DNA from: Raillietiella orientalis
Taxonomy: Eukaryota
Reading direction: 5' to 3'
Assembly (NCBI GenBank): GCA_036172245.1
Contig: JAYWIR010000017.1
Location: 1,054,001-1,118,000 of the forward strand
DNA: 64,000 nucleotides
In this document: piece by piece, positions 1 to 12,549 of the stretch
How the letters are laid out: each line of letters opens with the position of its first letter
Position numbering within the stretch: position 1 is the first letter of the stretch
Notes under the pieces: generated by a model
The model's database searches: none
Told to the model about the DNA's origin: nothing
What the model saw: only the letters and a program-made list of their open reading frames with translations
Position numbers and translations under genes: made by a program

Positions 1-559
1 AGGAAGAGGGTGGAGGAAGAGAAAGGGGGTGGGAACGTTGGTTCCTGATGGCGGAACCTGGACCGAGCCCTCACACCCGTCGCCCGCAGCCTCGCATCCG
101 CCAGAGGAAGAGACCGCTAGCCGCGGCGCGCCAGGTGCCCACGGATGATCCCTGTGGCAATCGTGACCATGTCAGCTCATCCGCTCGAAAGAGCCTTCAG
201 ACGGACTCCAAAGCGGCGGCGGCTTTGCCGCGTTAGGGCGGAAGGGAGGGACTGTTGGCTCTAGGTCTGAGAAAACGAGTCACTTCCCAGAAGAACTGAT
301 GCCTTGCAAGATGACCTGGACAGGATGGGGATCAGACATGGTTCGTAATCGCGACTTTCCATAGGTCTCGAAGGTCTTGACTTTTATGAAAGCTTTGGGC
401 GTTAGAAGATGAGGGCAGTCCTGGGGGCTTAAGGAGAGTGAAGCGAGGCGAGGTCACAGAAGACTTTGGCTTTCGAAGTCTTAATTTCCAAGGTCCTGAC
501 CTTGAAAACTGAATCCAACTCAATCCTGCTGCACTCTGTTTAGCGAACGAGAGTTCCGG

Positions 560-1145
560 AATCCCAGGATTTCATCCATGAGCATAACATGAGATGGACA
601 GGAGCCTTGCGAATCCTGCATGCGCCCTTAGCTGGAGGCCTTCAGCAAGGACAGAGACTTCGAGAGGTAGAGTGAAAGTGGCGGGACTTGTCTTTCCATC
701 CTCCCACGAGCATTTCCTGGGGACAACCCGAGTCAAAGGAAGTCCGTTTCCGGGGAGCGCTGGTGCCGAACTCCGTGGTGGCGGCATCGCAAGGAACTGA
801 CGGTATTCACCTTTTCCTTTTCCTCCTTCATTGGGAACAGCCGCTGGACATTGTCCCAGATCTTCAGCTGCCAGCCATGCTTACGGACAGTTTCACTCTC
901 CCCTTAAAGCAGCAGGAGTCGGCGTTGTTGGTTCTTCATCGGGAGCTCTCATGCAAAGCACTCCTGCACCACTGGAACAGGAAGAGTGCAGATTCCAACT
1001 TTGCCGGCTACGGGGAAGAGAAACCCTGCCGCACCTGCCTGTGGACTGTCTTGCCCTTGGCCGCTTTGAAAAGTCTCTGAAACGGACCCTCAAGAGCCCT
1101 AACACGCCCAATGTTCCCTCGAACATTGGGCATGGTAGAACTTGA
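560..1145 (+). mobile_element. Degenerate L1/Tx1-like LINE ORF2 C-terminal (zf-RVT) fragment
   Basis: LPLKQQESALLVLHRELSCKALLHHWNRKSA aligns with the CCHC-bearing copies at 15.9 kb and 38.4 kb; frameshifted. Confidence 0.7.
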
Positions 1146-1439
1146 AGTGGCTCCACTGCTTCCTTGATTCTATGTTTACTGTTTTCAATAGACTCCCCGT
1201 CGAATCTGACTGATAAACCTCTTCCTTCTTCACACTGCACTCGCTTCGGATCGCAGACGCGATCCCAAGAAAACGCTCTCTGCGTAGGTGGGATGGCTTT
1301 ATTTCCGTGCCACCGCAAACGTCCCATAATCGTTTCGCAAGAGTGCATTTGAGGAAGAAACGTTTCGCCTTCCGGGTGACTCCTGGTCAAGGCTCCCAAG
1401 ATGCCGCCTGGGATCGAAAGTGTACTACATACGCAAAAA

Positions 1440-2300
1440 TCCCTTAGAAATGCTCAGTAACTTTTTTGGACTGGGCTCTGATGTCATTTTCAGATTCTGA
1501 GCTTATAAAACGGAAACATACAGGACAGAGCAAATAACAAGGCAATGGGTGCACAAATATTCTTGTGGGAAACTGCTGCAAAGTAAAAACCTTAGCAACA
1601 GAAGTCATGGAAACCGCAACAATGGAAGCCGTGGAATCCGCAACAATGGAAATCACGGAAACCGGAACAATGGAAGTCGTGGGAAGTGCAGCGATATAAA
1701 CTCCGACGAATCAGATCGCGAACAGATCGGAAATACTGGTAATCAAATAGCAATCTGCGTACATGTGCCTTTGTTTCGTTTGCTTCTTGGTTGCAGCAAA
1801 AGCTTAGCTACTACCGCTCCTCCCTGTGTTTGGTCCGATCATTAAGCCAGAACTGAGATTAAAAAAACAAATATTTGGTAGCCGACAATGACCCCACAAT
1901 CTCGTTACTGCATTCCGTAACGGAGGCACACTTACGAAGAAGTAAAGAAGAATGGATCATTCTGGAACGAGATACAATACAGCTGCAGACATTATGTTCT
2001 ATAGGGAAAAGAAAAAACTTAACCGTTTGGCGTTTCAAAATCCCAGTAACATCCGCTCCTCATTTCCACCTGACCCGGAAAGACAGTAGAAACATCGGAA
2101 ACTAGGCCGGCACCTTTGGCTGATCGAAATCCAGCCTGATTTACTGAGGGAGTGACATGGAAGAATGAGCGGCTAAGGAAATCAGGGCGAGGTTCAAGTT
2201 CTGTCGCAAAATCAACTACTAAAAGTGCATCAAGTGGGAAGGGAATGTGTAGAAAAAAGGAAAGCATCGTAAGGGCAACAAGTATTTGCATCCGCCGAAC
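1440..2300 (+). mobile_element. Possible decayed LTR-retrotransposon gag-protease remnant
   Basis: Gly/Asn/Arg-rich repeat followed by YLVADNDPTISLL, resembling the aspartic protease LVDTGAxxS motif; heavily degraded. Confidence 0.3.
1595..1690 (+). repeat. 24-bp minisatellite, about 4 copies
   Basis: Units like gcaacaatggaagccgtggaatcc at 1616, 1640, 1664 plus a partial unit at 1595. Confidence 0.85.
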
Positions 2301-5152
2301 GCGGAATTTGGACCGGGAGGTCACGTGATTGGTCGTGTCCGTCTCTCTTGATCCGTGTTAATCGACTCTTTTGGTGTGCGTTCAATCGCAGCTTCTCCAA
2401 GAATCACATGTTGCGATGAAAATGCATCGACCTTTGAAGTATGGAGCGGATCTGCCAGGACGGGAAGGTTACATCCTCCTCAAAATCCCATAGTCTCACG
2501 CGCGTTCCGGAGTCTTAAAGGCTGACGGCGTTGTGTGGTGGGATGTTCTGACCCGGACGCGGAAGGGAGAGTGGTCGCAAAAAAAAAAAGAAATTCTGCC
2601 GCCCCATATTTTGGTTTACAAAAAAGTGAAAAGTGGAAGAAAGAGGGGGAGCGGGTAAGGAGTCATGCAATGGAAAAGCAAAAGCAAAAAGAAGTTCCAG
2701 AAAGTTCCTCATAGAGTTGATTTTCTAAGACTCTCAAAGAAGGATGAGGATTCTTCAAATCGAGGATTCTTGAAGGCAGAAAACAACAATAGCAGCAAAG
2801 CAAAAAAAACAAAAACAAAATAAAACAAGGTCGTTTCATACATGGAAGAAATTCTTGACTTCCCTTTCCTTTGCTCTTTCATTCCTTGAAAGCAAATGCA
2901 TACTTTGCTGTCCTGTGGAGAGCAGCCGCCATCTATCATACTGAAAACATTCTGTGCTGACCTCAAGCTGTGGCCATTCTTCTCGATCCAGAAAACAATC
3001 GGGGAGGTTCTACTCTTCTATGAAGCCGTGGCTCTGCTGGAAGGAGCGCAGCTCGCGGTGCTCCGGAAGAAGCGCAGTTGCTTCTCTTGTCCAATCGAGA
3101 GGGAAGATGAGAGAGCGAAAGCGCGGTCTCAGGTAGGACAAGAGAGGAAGAGCATTCTGAACGACACGGGTGAGAGGTGATATTAGTCTCCGAGATGGAG
3201 TCCAGCATCTGACGGCACCTTCAGGGACAGGAAGAAGAAGGAAAAGGCAGGGGAAGAGCAGGAAACGCTCCTCCGGGTCCGAAAGGTTTGCAATAGCAGA
3301 GAGCGCGTCTTCTTCTTCGGCAGCCATGCTATCGACTTCTTCGACCGGTTTGCTCTTCATTTCCTGGACCATAAAGAGGTGCGAGGCTCCTGGGGTGGTG
3401 CGCAACGCTTGGTCCCCTGCCTTCACTCTCAGACCAGAAAACCCAGCTTGAACCGGGGAGGTGCCTCGCATCGTCCCTCACTCCCAGACGGACGTAGGGC
3501 AGTGCGATCCTTCGCGCCGGGTGCAGTCTCCCTCTTCGCCGTCTTCCGGGAGGCTGAGAAAGTCCTTGGACTCCCCTGTCCTTATCTCGACGGGGGCGGA
3601 GGATACTGCAGTGCTCTCGGACTCGCGGACTCGACCGGATCGAGCCTCTCCGAGCGAGGTGCGTTCCGCTCAAGGCTCCCGCGGTGGAGGCGCGATCGGG
3701 CGGCGAGTTCCTCCCCGAGGGCGGTGCACCGTGAACTCTTGAAGGCTCTCTCCCTCTCTCTTTCGTCCGTATCGGCAAAATGGTAACGCCCTCCGGCGGC
3801 GGAACGGTGCGGCGCTCCGCCGAGATCTCGGGATCAGTGCCTTTCCGACGGAAGACGTGTGCTGACGCGGGGAGGGAAGACATGTCTTCACCGGACGCAA
3901 CCGAAGACTAAGAGTACCTTCTCCCTGTCCCCGGTCCCAGCGCTAAGGACCCCCCGTGGGAGTTCCGGGTTCGCTGCGCTCCGATCTATCCTATCCTCAG
4001 CAGCAGACCATTCTCTGGACCGGTGAGTGGGGATGAGGAAGGAAGGGGGTGAGGGGGTCAGCGAAATTCCCGAGGCGAGCGTCCCTCCAGAAGGAGAGGC
4101 GCTCTCTGTTGGCTCCCGGGAGGAACTCGTGCTGCTGCAGCTGCCCTGGCAACGCGTGCATGCGCTCAGGCCGTTCACTTTCTCAAGAGTCCGTCCCCGA
4201 CCCGGGGGGGTCAGGGGCGAATTTTTTCCGCAGTCCGCTTCTCTTACGCGGGAGAACCCCTTCAAGAGACAAAGAGCGCTCTTTCGGTGGGCCCTCTGTC
4301 TCGACCAGCGCACCCTCGAGAGCTCACGGAAACCCCGCAAGGCCCCGTCGCCTAACAGGAGTTTGGCGAACCTCCGCAGCAGTCCGTTGGCATTGCGACC
4401 CTGCCCTACTTGCACCACGGCGGAAGGGCGGACGGACGTCTCCACCTCTGCAGCCGGACGTCGCTAGCTGTTCCGGAGGGCTCTCTTTTCCCGTTCGACC
4501 GAGGAAGGTCGAACCCTCACGGACCGGTCGTGGAAGGGGGAATTTGGAATCTGAGGAGGCGTCTCGCCCCCTGGTGGGGCGGGGATGCGGCGACCCTTGT
4601 CCGCGAGACAGTATTCGTCTCCCGCCCCCGTGCGGAAGGAGAAGGGGGAGGAGAGAAAAGGACCTTCCCGAGACTCAAGGACGAAACTTAACGTTCCTCC
4701 TCCTCCCCTTTCTCCCCTATGTTTGCTCGAGTCTTCACAGTCAGTTCGATTAGTGGCTTTCCACACCCTGGGGGTTTCTCAGGGGCCCATTACAGAGGCG
4801 GCGTGCAGTCTGCGACGGGTTGCTCGCGTAGATTCGGTGGCTGACTCCGAAGTGTCCCAGATAGGAGAGGCGCGCCACTCGCGCGGGCAACACGGGGGTT
4901 AAGGGTTCCTGACCGGTTTCCGTGGACACGTGGGGACGCCGGACCCCGTCTCCGTTTCCGAAGGGCCATCAAAAATCGCCGAGCGTGCTGCAGCTGGACG
5001 CTTAGAGGGTGGGGGGGTTGGGGTGGGGGAAGGGAATTTCTCGGGGTTCCGCGGGCCAGTTCCCCGAACGCTTGGGGCAGGAAGGCGAATGGACCTTGCC
5101 ACGCCTCCCTTTAGAAGATCGTTTCCTGCTTGCAGCCTCCGGAGAGCGGGAG

Positions 5153-7744
5153 ATGCAGTGGTCGCTCGTCGCTCTTCTGGTGCTCTTCGCCAACCTGCCC
5201 GCCTCGCCCATCCAGATCTCCGGTGACTTCCAGCCGCTCTGGGGCGGCGAATTCCCCTTCGACCTGCTGCAGAGGGGATCCTCCCTCCGAGCAAGCTGGA
5301 GGTTCGCGTCCGAGGAAGGTCCTCCCGTCGAAGGGCTCCCGAAGCTGATCGACTTCCGGTACCACAACCACCGCGAGATGACCTTGGTGCTGAAGGGCCT
5401 GGCGATCAGGTACCCGGCTCTGTGCTCGCTGTACTCCATCGGAAATTCAGTGGAAGGTGCGCCACCCTTAGCCCCTTAACCCTTAGCCCTGTCCCCGCTC
5501 TCGCCCGATAACGCGCCCCTGCTCCGAACGAGGTTGCAGGTCGTGAGCTGTGGGTGATGCTGGTCACCTCGTCCCCAAGCATCAGACCCAGGGGCACTCC
5601 CAACGTGAAGTACGTAGGCAACATGCACGGCAACGAGGTCATCTCCAGGGAGGTGCTGCTCCACTTCTTGGAGGTATTCCCTCAAGCCGCGCTCTTCTGA
5701 TCCCCCAAGGGTCTCGTCCTTTCCAGTACCTTCTCAGCAGCTACGAGACCGACTCGTACGTCCGGTGGCTGCTGGACAGCACCCACATCCACGTGATGCC
5801 CAGCATGAACCCGGACGGGTTCGAGGTGTCCACTGAGGGGGAGTGCAAGATGGGCAAGGGCAGGTGAGCCCTCCCGACGCCGCCCCCTCGCCGGGGCCGG
5901 GAGCCAGAGTAACCCGCTCCCCTTTTCGCACCAGGCTGAACGCCCTCGGCTATGACCTCAACCGGAACTTCCCCGACTTCTTCACCCCGAACCACAAGGA
6001 AATCCAGAAGGAGACGCGGGCTATCATGAACTGGCTGTCCCAGAACCAGTTCGTCCTCTCGGCAAACCTGCACGGAGGGGCCCTCGTAGCCAGCTACCCC
6101 TTCGACAATGGGCCCCGAGTAGGTAAGCCCGCCGCCTAAGGGAGGGGGGGGGGGAACTTTCTCTCGGAGCAGCGTGCCCGGAGAGAGGCGTGAGGGAAGA
6201 GAAGGAAGAAGGGAGTGTCTTGCTGCCGGACGGCGACGGTTGGACCTTCCTTGGGGACAGCGAGGAAAGGCGGAGTCCAAAGGGCTCGTGGCAGTTTCGT
6301 GACGGACGGAGGGGCACCCGTCCCTCCACTTTCCTCCCTTGCCCTGCTTCCTCGGAGCCCCCCAGCCCTACGGAAATGCCTGGTGCTTCCGCTCTCGGAA
6401 GCCGTCTCCTTCCGGTTATCGAGGGGGTCACCCTCGGCAGGAACGTCGAGGGGGAGAGGGCAAGGGAGTGGAAGTGGTAGGGTCCGGACCGCTTCGACTT
6501 CCCGCTCCATCCCGCTCCTGACTCTTGTCTTCCGGAGAACAGGGTTCCTGGACTTCCGCAGGAAGGCGAAATCCCTGACTCCCGACAACGACGTCTTCCT
6601 CCACCTGGCGTTGACGTACTCCCTGAACCACAAGACGATGCACAGCGGGAGCCGGTGCAGCCCCTACGATGTGGAATTCCCCAACGGAACCACCAACGGC
6701 GCCGACTGGTACCGCCTCGTAGGTGAGAAGGGAAGGGGGCCTCCCGATGGAGGTGTGAGGGAAAGAAGGAAAGGAAGAAAGGGACGGAAGGGAGGAGCCA
6801 CGTTCTCTTCCGCAGGTGGCATGCAGGATTACAACTATATCTGGCACGGGTGCATGGAGATAACCCTGGAGCTGTCGTGCTGCAAATACCCGCCCGCCCA
6901 CAAGCTGGAGGAATTCTGGGAGCAGAACCGGAAGGTGAGGGAGGGAAAAAAAAACCGGGAACGAACCGGTCGCTCCCGATCCGGGGCGTGCGTCCGCCCC
7001 GCGTCCATGCCTCCTCATGCTCACGCAAACCTCCGGGGAAACGGCGAAACCTCGGAGGAAGGAAAACGACCCGCCCAGAAAAATGCGCTTCTGTGCTCCC
7101 CCTGGGATGGCGGGGCGCCGTGAAGGGATCGTCCGTGCGACAGATCCCATCCCGACCCCGCCCTGCGATCATCACAAGCAGGGCCGTGCTCCTGTCTCAA
7201 CTTCCGAGGCGTGCCGTCGTCCGGAAAAGTGGTACCTGGGCGCAGGAGGAAGGAGGACTTGGTGAGAGGCGAGTTCCTCCAGGATCAAGTAAGCTCGTGG
7301 AGGACTGACTCTCCGGCGAGGAGTCACTGCCCGCGCTGATCCCGGAGGAATGCCCGTTTCCTTTCCTGCGAACTTCCCGCACTCTTCTTTGCACCTCGTC
7401 CACAGGCCCTGCTCCTGTATCTCGGGGAGGTGCATCGCGGCGTGAAAGGGGTCGTGTCCGACTTGGCAATGCGGCCCGTGAAGGGAGCGCTCCTGCGGAT
7501 CAAGGGCCGGGACGTGCACTTCCGGACGACCAAGGATGGGGAGTTCTGGAGGGTGCTCCTGCCGGGGAAGTACACGCTGGAGGTACGTGTTCTCCCCTTC
7601 CCCCTTCCTCGTCAGGGAGGACGCGGTTCAGGTGGAGGTCCTCAGGTCGACGCGGCAGGTTTCGAGCCGAAGGCGGTACCTTTCAATGTGGAGGACGGCG
7701 CCCCCACCGTACTCGAAATCTCTCTGTCTGAGGCACTTTCGTGA
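5153..7744 (+). CDS. Secreted M14B zinc carboxypeptidase (CPM/CPD/CPN-like), 8 exons, ~445 aa
   Basis: Exons 5153-5456, 5540-5673, 5727-5863, 5935-6122, 6543-6722, 6816-6934, 7406-7582, 7646-7744 (1338 nt); all introns GT-AG and phase-compatible. Signal peptide [17 protein letters not shown]. Motifs [30 protein letters not shown] (Zn ligands His/Glu), [34 protein letters not shown] (third Zn ligand), [27 protein letters not shown] (catalytic Glu), then transthyretin-like domain HRGVKGVV...[12 protein letters not shown]. Confidence 0.95.
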
Positions 7745-7837
7745 GAACGGTCCAGCAGCCTCTTTTTGCCCACCCCACGCAACAGCAGCACCCGGGCTAG
7801 AAATCCCCGCGGCTCCCTGCGAGCATGCCCGGACACG

Positions 7838-7843
7838 AATAAA
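7838..7843 (+). promoter_or_regulatory. Polyadenylation signal of the carboxypeptidase gene
   Basis: AATAAA about 95 nt after the TGA at 7742-7744. Confidence 0.6.
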
Positions 7844-8409
7844 AGTGTGCGCAAGGACGTCCGTGTCCACTCGTTGGCCCTGGTTCAAGGACTCCCACCT
7901 TCTGCCTAGCGGAAAAAAACAAAATGAAATCTGGGATGGGAGTGCAACCTTGGGGATCTGGAGCAGAACACGTGGGCCTGGGACCGGGAACAGAACAGCA
8001 GCCGAGCTCGACTTGCGTCGACTCCGAAGCAGCAGAGACCAACGCGGAGGCGGCCATTGTCAATGGAGCTACTCGGCGCTGTTTTCAAAAAAAGAAAAAA
8101 GACAGCAGTGACCATCGTGAAGGCTTCTCCATGTGCTTCTTGATCCAATATTGCTCTCTGCACGGTGGGTTAGTAGGGCCCTTCGCTGTGGGGAGCACAC
8201 ATCAGACCTGGCCTCATGCGGGATCCGGAAAGCGCCCACTGGCAACCGGCAGGGTCGAGTTGTCCTTCTGAAAGGCTACCGCACGCCCGTAATAGTGCTC
8301 TCTCAGCAAACCAGGATATCCACGCCCCATACCCTGTGCAAACGTACCTGCAACCTGTGCCCCTTGCATTCCTTGAGGAAAAAAAGAACACTGGAAACGA
8401 CTAGGCATT

Positions 8410-8630
8410 CCAAATAGCTGGGCTATTTATTTGAAATAAATAAAAATAAATGTAGGTAGAGACTGGCATATTCCGGCCCGAAACCAAAGAGACTACCCTC
8501 ACTTGGGACAAGAATAAGGGAGAGAAGAAGGGAGAAGGAAAGGCCAATAAATAAATAGGTAACGGGATGGACTGTCCTCGCAATGATAACGATGCTTCCC
8601 GAGGGTCTGTGTTGGAATAGGGATGCATTC
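8410..8630 (-). mobile_element. Diverged LINE 3' end
   Basis: On -: short ORF tail, T/C-rich UTR, ttatttttatttatttcaaataaa; architecture resembles the 3' UTRs of the other LINE copies. Confidence 0.35.
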
Positions 8631-8699
8631 ACCATTGTCGGGTTAGTCTGCCCACGATAGCCCGAAGGTTTTCCTGAACCTCACATGGCGGACCGGATC

Positions 8700-9450
8700 A
8701 CTTCGTTGCCCACCGCGTGTCAGTGGCGGAAGGCGATGAAACCGAGCAAAGCACGTCTAAGAATAAGCGCGAGGCAATGGCGGCAGCGACAAGAAAAGCT
8801 GCCTCCTCTGAGATTCCGCAAGCCACAGCTAGAGACTTTGGAAGCCAACTGGAATGTGGGAAGAAGAAGTGGCAGGCGGAGGGAAAGAAAAGATCAGGGA
8901 GGAGTTCTCTGTCGAAAAGAGAAAGTCACTGTGATCTTCCAAGGAAACTCGGACTCGAGCTCTCGGGTCGAAAGGTCTGGACTTTTCGAAAGGGAGGAGA
9001 TAGCCTTCTCGAAGAGGAGGAGCAGTGCCGCTGATCGGGAAAAAGGCTGGTCGAAGGAGAACCCCAAAAGTGCCTCCCGGCTTTGCGAATCATCATCCCT
9101 CTTCCTGGTCGCCCGATGTAAGTGGCTCGACGCCCTCGTAATCAAAACAGACAGAGCCTGGACTCCGTCCCTCGTACTTCATCCGGCTTCCCGCTGCTAT
9201 TTCACAGAGAGAGCATGAAGCAAGGGTGCAGGCGGAGACTGCATCTGAATCTGCTTTCTCCTTTATTGGGAGAGTTCCGCGACAGTCATACTAGATCAAC
9301 GATCCTGATGAAGCATCTGAATCCGGAGGCAGCGAAGAAGAGCATGCACCGAGGGAGCATGTGCAAGAAACTGCTGTTCAGCGCCATGGACCGAACAAGT
9401 CCTGCAGTCGCATGGGGGATGCACGAGGGGTTGGTGAGTTCTGGCTGAAA
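8700..9450 (+). mobile_element. Possible Ty1/Copia protease and pre-integrase remnant
   Basis: KWLDALVIKTDRAW resembles Copia WxLDSGAxxHMxxDRxW; LMKHLNPEAAKK resembles pre-integrase LGHLN; many stops. Confidence 0.3.
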
Positions 9451-12400
9451 AGCACAGAAGCGGAAAATGAAAAGTCAGCCGAACCACGAATCCACATCAG
9501 GTCGGGCCAACATCTTCAGTGGAATAGTCAAAGTGCTCCAGTGCTCTCTGTTGGATGTAGAGAACCTGCAATTGGAGCACGTCTTGCTCTGTCTCATAAG
9601 TAGTACCATAAAATATGTGTATAAATAATATATATATATATACATTTAATTAAGTCATGATGGGTTAATTACGCTACTAACATATCTTGAAAACTATTTT
9701 GATTAAATTAATTGAAACGTTTATATTCGAAATACACAAGTCAAATACTATAAATTAATGATTAAAAGAATTCACATCACTAAATGTTCTTAATTTAATT
9801 TATTTTCGTTTTAAAATTACATTCCAATCCGCTTCAGTCTCATCGGAAACTCTTTAGCTTCCGCGTCTTGCGACGAGAGCTTTCTCAAGTGCTTCTGGCC
9901 AAGTCTTCAAATAGAGGAGCTTATTTCGACGCGAGGGGGAGTAGATCTTTCTCTAGGAAGAGGAAGCAAAGCTCATCCCTGACGGGCGTGGGCGTTCCGC
10001 TCAGCAGGATCGTCACGATGCGAAGAGCGCAACCTCACCGACCATGGTTGCAACCGGGATAATCGTCAGATGGGCAGAATTCCAAGTGACTCTCTCAGGA
10101 TTCTGAACTTTTCAGCCAATTGGCCACGATCATATTAGGTTAGGGGTCTTCCTTGCATGTCGTTGGTAGCACCTTCCTGATGGATAACCGATGGGTCGCA
10201 TGTTCTCTCTCCAAGCGCTCGATCAAGCATTCTCAAGCAGAAAAGTATTGTCAATTCTGTTGACCTAAAAGTAACTCGAAGCAGAACGAAAAATGGTGCA
10301 TAAGATTCGGACTTTCCCTTCGACGACTTTTCGTGCTGGTCCTGCCTATTGAGGACTTTTCAGCTGTAACCTTCCTACGCACCAGCAACCCCCCTTTACA
10401 TTTTTCCCTTTCTGTCATTCCCCTTTTTTAAGATATCGATGTATTCCAAATCGGAAGGTTTGGTGTCTGCAATTCCTCAGCTTTGCGCAGGGGCAAAACC
10501 ATAACCGAGGACGGAACTGGAGGCACGGTTATTGCTAGTTGAGAACCCTACGATTCCAAGAAGAAAAAACAGACATTCGTCTTCAAGGGATGATAGATGA
10601 TGTTCTTGAGAGTAGAGTGGGTTCCTATTTTCAAAAAAAAAAATCCTACTCAAACAGAAGATCGTACTTTTTTGATGGCACGTGAATTCCTGGATGTCCT
10701 TTGCAGGGCGCCTGACCTGTCTACTGAGAAAATGGCCTAATAATCACTTGGGCTTAGAGTTGTTCTTTCCCAGAGTCATCCTTTGTGCAAATGGTCTCAG
10801 CAGCAGAATGATCACTACTTTCAACTTTCTGCTTGGAAAAGAGAGATGGAAATTCACCCTTTTTGTTCTCTGGCCAGAAATCTCAAACCGACTGCATCAG
10901 CCCAAAGAATTTAGAACGAAAGATTCTATGGACCAGGTTATCCTGATTCTTAAGAAGACTTTTTTGATGTCTGCTCATTGCCTGAATAATTCTTGTATGT
11001 ATGTGTTTTTTTTTTTTTGTTGTTGTTGTGGTTGCTCTTCGCAGGACTTCTGAGGTCAGTCTCTTAGATGAAACTGCATTGCTTAGCCGCAGACTCATAA
11101 GGAAGGAATGGCCAGTTGCATGCTCGACTGATCGTCCATTTTGTATCCTTGGCTGATGTTTCTCTTTCTTTTGAGTAGAAGGACACCTGTTGGGTACCTT
11201 ACAAGTGCGCAGCAGGTGCTTCACAGGTGTCAACAATAGAAATCCGTGAAAGAGGTCCACAAAAGGGAAATTGTGGAGGGACCTATTGGAGAAGCCAATA
11301 CAGGAAGCATTTGTGCCAACTCATCCGAAATCAATGTCTGTACATGGTTCGTCATTCGGATCATCGTGAAAGGAAGTCGAGAGCCAAAACGAGACACTAT
11401 AAATACAAGCCAAAATAGAAACAAAATCCAAATAAAGTCTTTTCGAATTCCTTTTTTCTTGCGGAAAAAGCATCTGTGCCTTGTCCCGTCTTATACTTCA
11501 GTCCGGATTTCTTGAATCCGTCCAGCTGATCTCGAGCAGCTGAATGGATGATGAGATGATGAGAAATGGCTCTGCTTTAAGCAGTTAGGAGCACTCTGAT
11601 GTTCAGAGGTTGCCTTTCGGACTTCCTATCTGAAGGAAAGCTGAGATGGAAGAACAGAGAATCCTCACGTTTCTTTTCAGAAAACACTCGTGATTGATTC
11701 GTTCGTGCGGCACCTCCCTATCCTGACGCCTTCAAGCAGTTTCCAGAGTCTTATGTCTTTTTTTCCTGCCTCTCTCATCTCGAGATCCATCGGAATGACG
11801 AAAATCTTTCGGAGTCACGAAGATTGGAACTGAGTCACGAAGAGTGGAACCTGATAAAACGATGGGTTTCCCATCGTTTTATGAGGCTCCAATCCAACGA
11901 GCTGAAACACATTGGGCGGCACATACCTCGTGATTATTAGCGACTTCAGAGGGAACACCAGGCTTTCAAGAAGTTCAACAAGGATGTGCTTCTCAAATTT
12001 TTGACAGCGGTGTATGAGTTCTGATAAATTCATGCGGGGAAAACTTTCTGATTAAGCACGTTCGAAGCAGTTGTTTTCTTCCTTGTTGTTAAGCTGATCA
12101 CGTGAAGCTACCACACAGTGGATTATCCGAGCCGTTAAACTTCTGATCACCGAACTGCAAGTCGAGAAAGATAAGGTTAGACACGCACTTGAGATCGAAT
12201 TGTCTCCTTGTCTCTTTTGCTTGTGACCTTTTTCCACCGTTTGTCTGCAGTTTCCCGAGACGCATCTCGTTAAGTTTCGTGTCTTCATCACAGGGCTTGA
12301 GCACAGGGTTTACATCACATCGCTTCTTGTTGAAAGTTCTCCTGTCAGCAACATTTTTCTACACTCTCACCATGTGCTCCGAGGCCGTTATTCCTCTGTT

Positions 12401-12549
12401 TTCCATCAACGTTTCAATCAATATTTCCTCTAATTTAAATCTCATTTAATCCCACTTAGAGTGATTCTGTGCCGACGTTGGTTCAGTGGCAAATGAGATT
12501 CTCTAAGACCAAGTCAGAATAGACAGCATATTTTCTTGTTGCCATCAAG

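Noticed and set aside
1595..1690. CRISPR-like array
   Set aside because: Contiguous tandem units with no unique spacers, eukaryotic context, no cas genes.
6024..7175. 383-aa and 240-aa minus-strand ORFs
   Set aside because: Antisense shadows of the GC-rich carboxypeptidase gene; low-complexity Arg/Pro/Ser translations.
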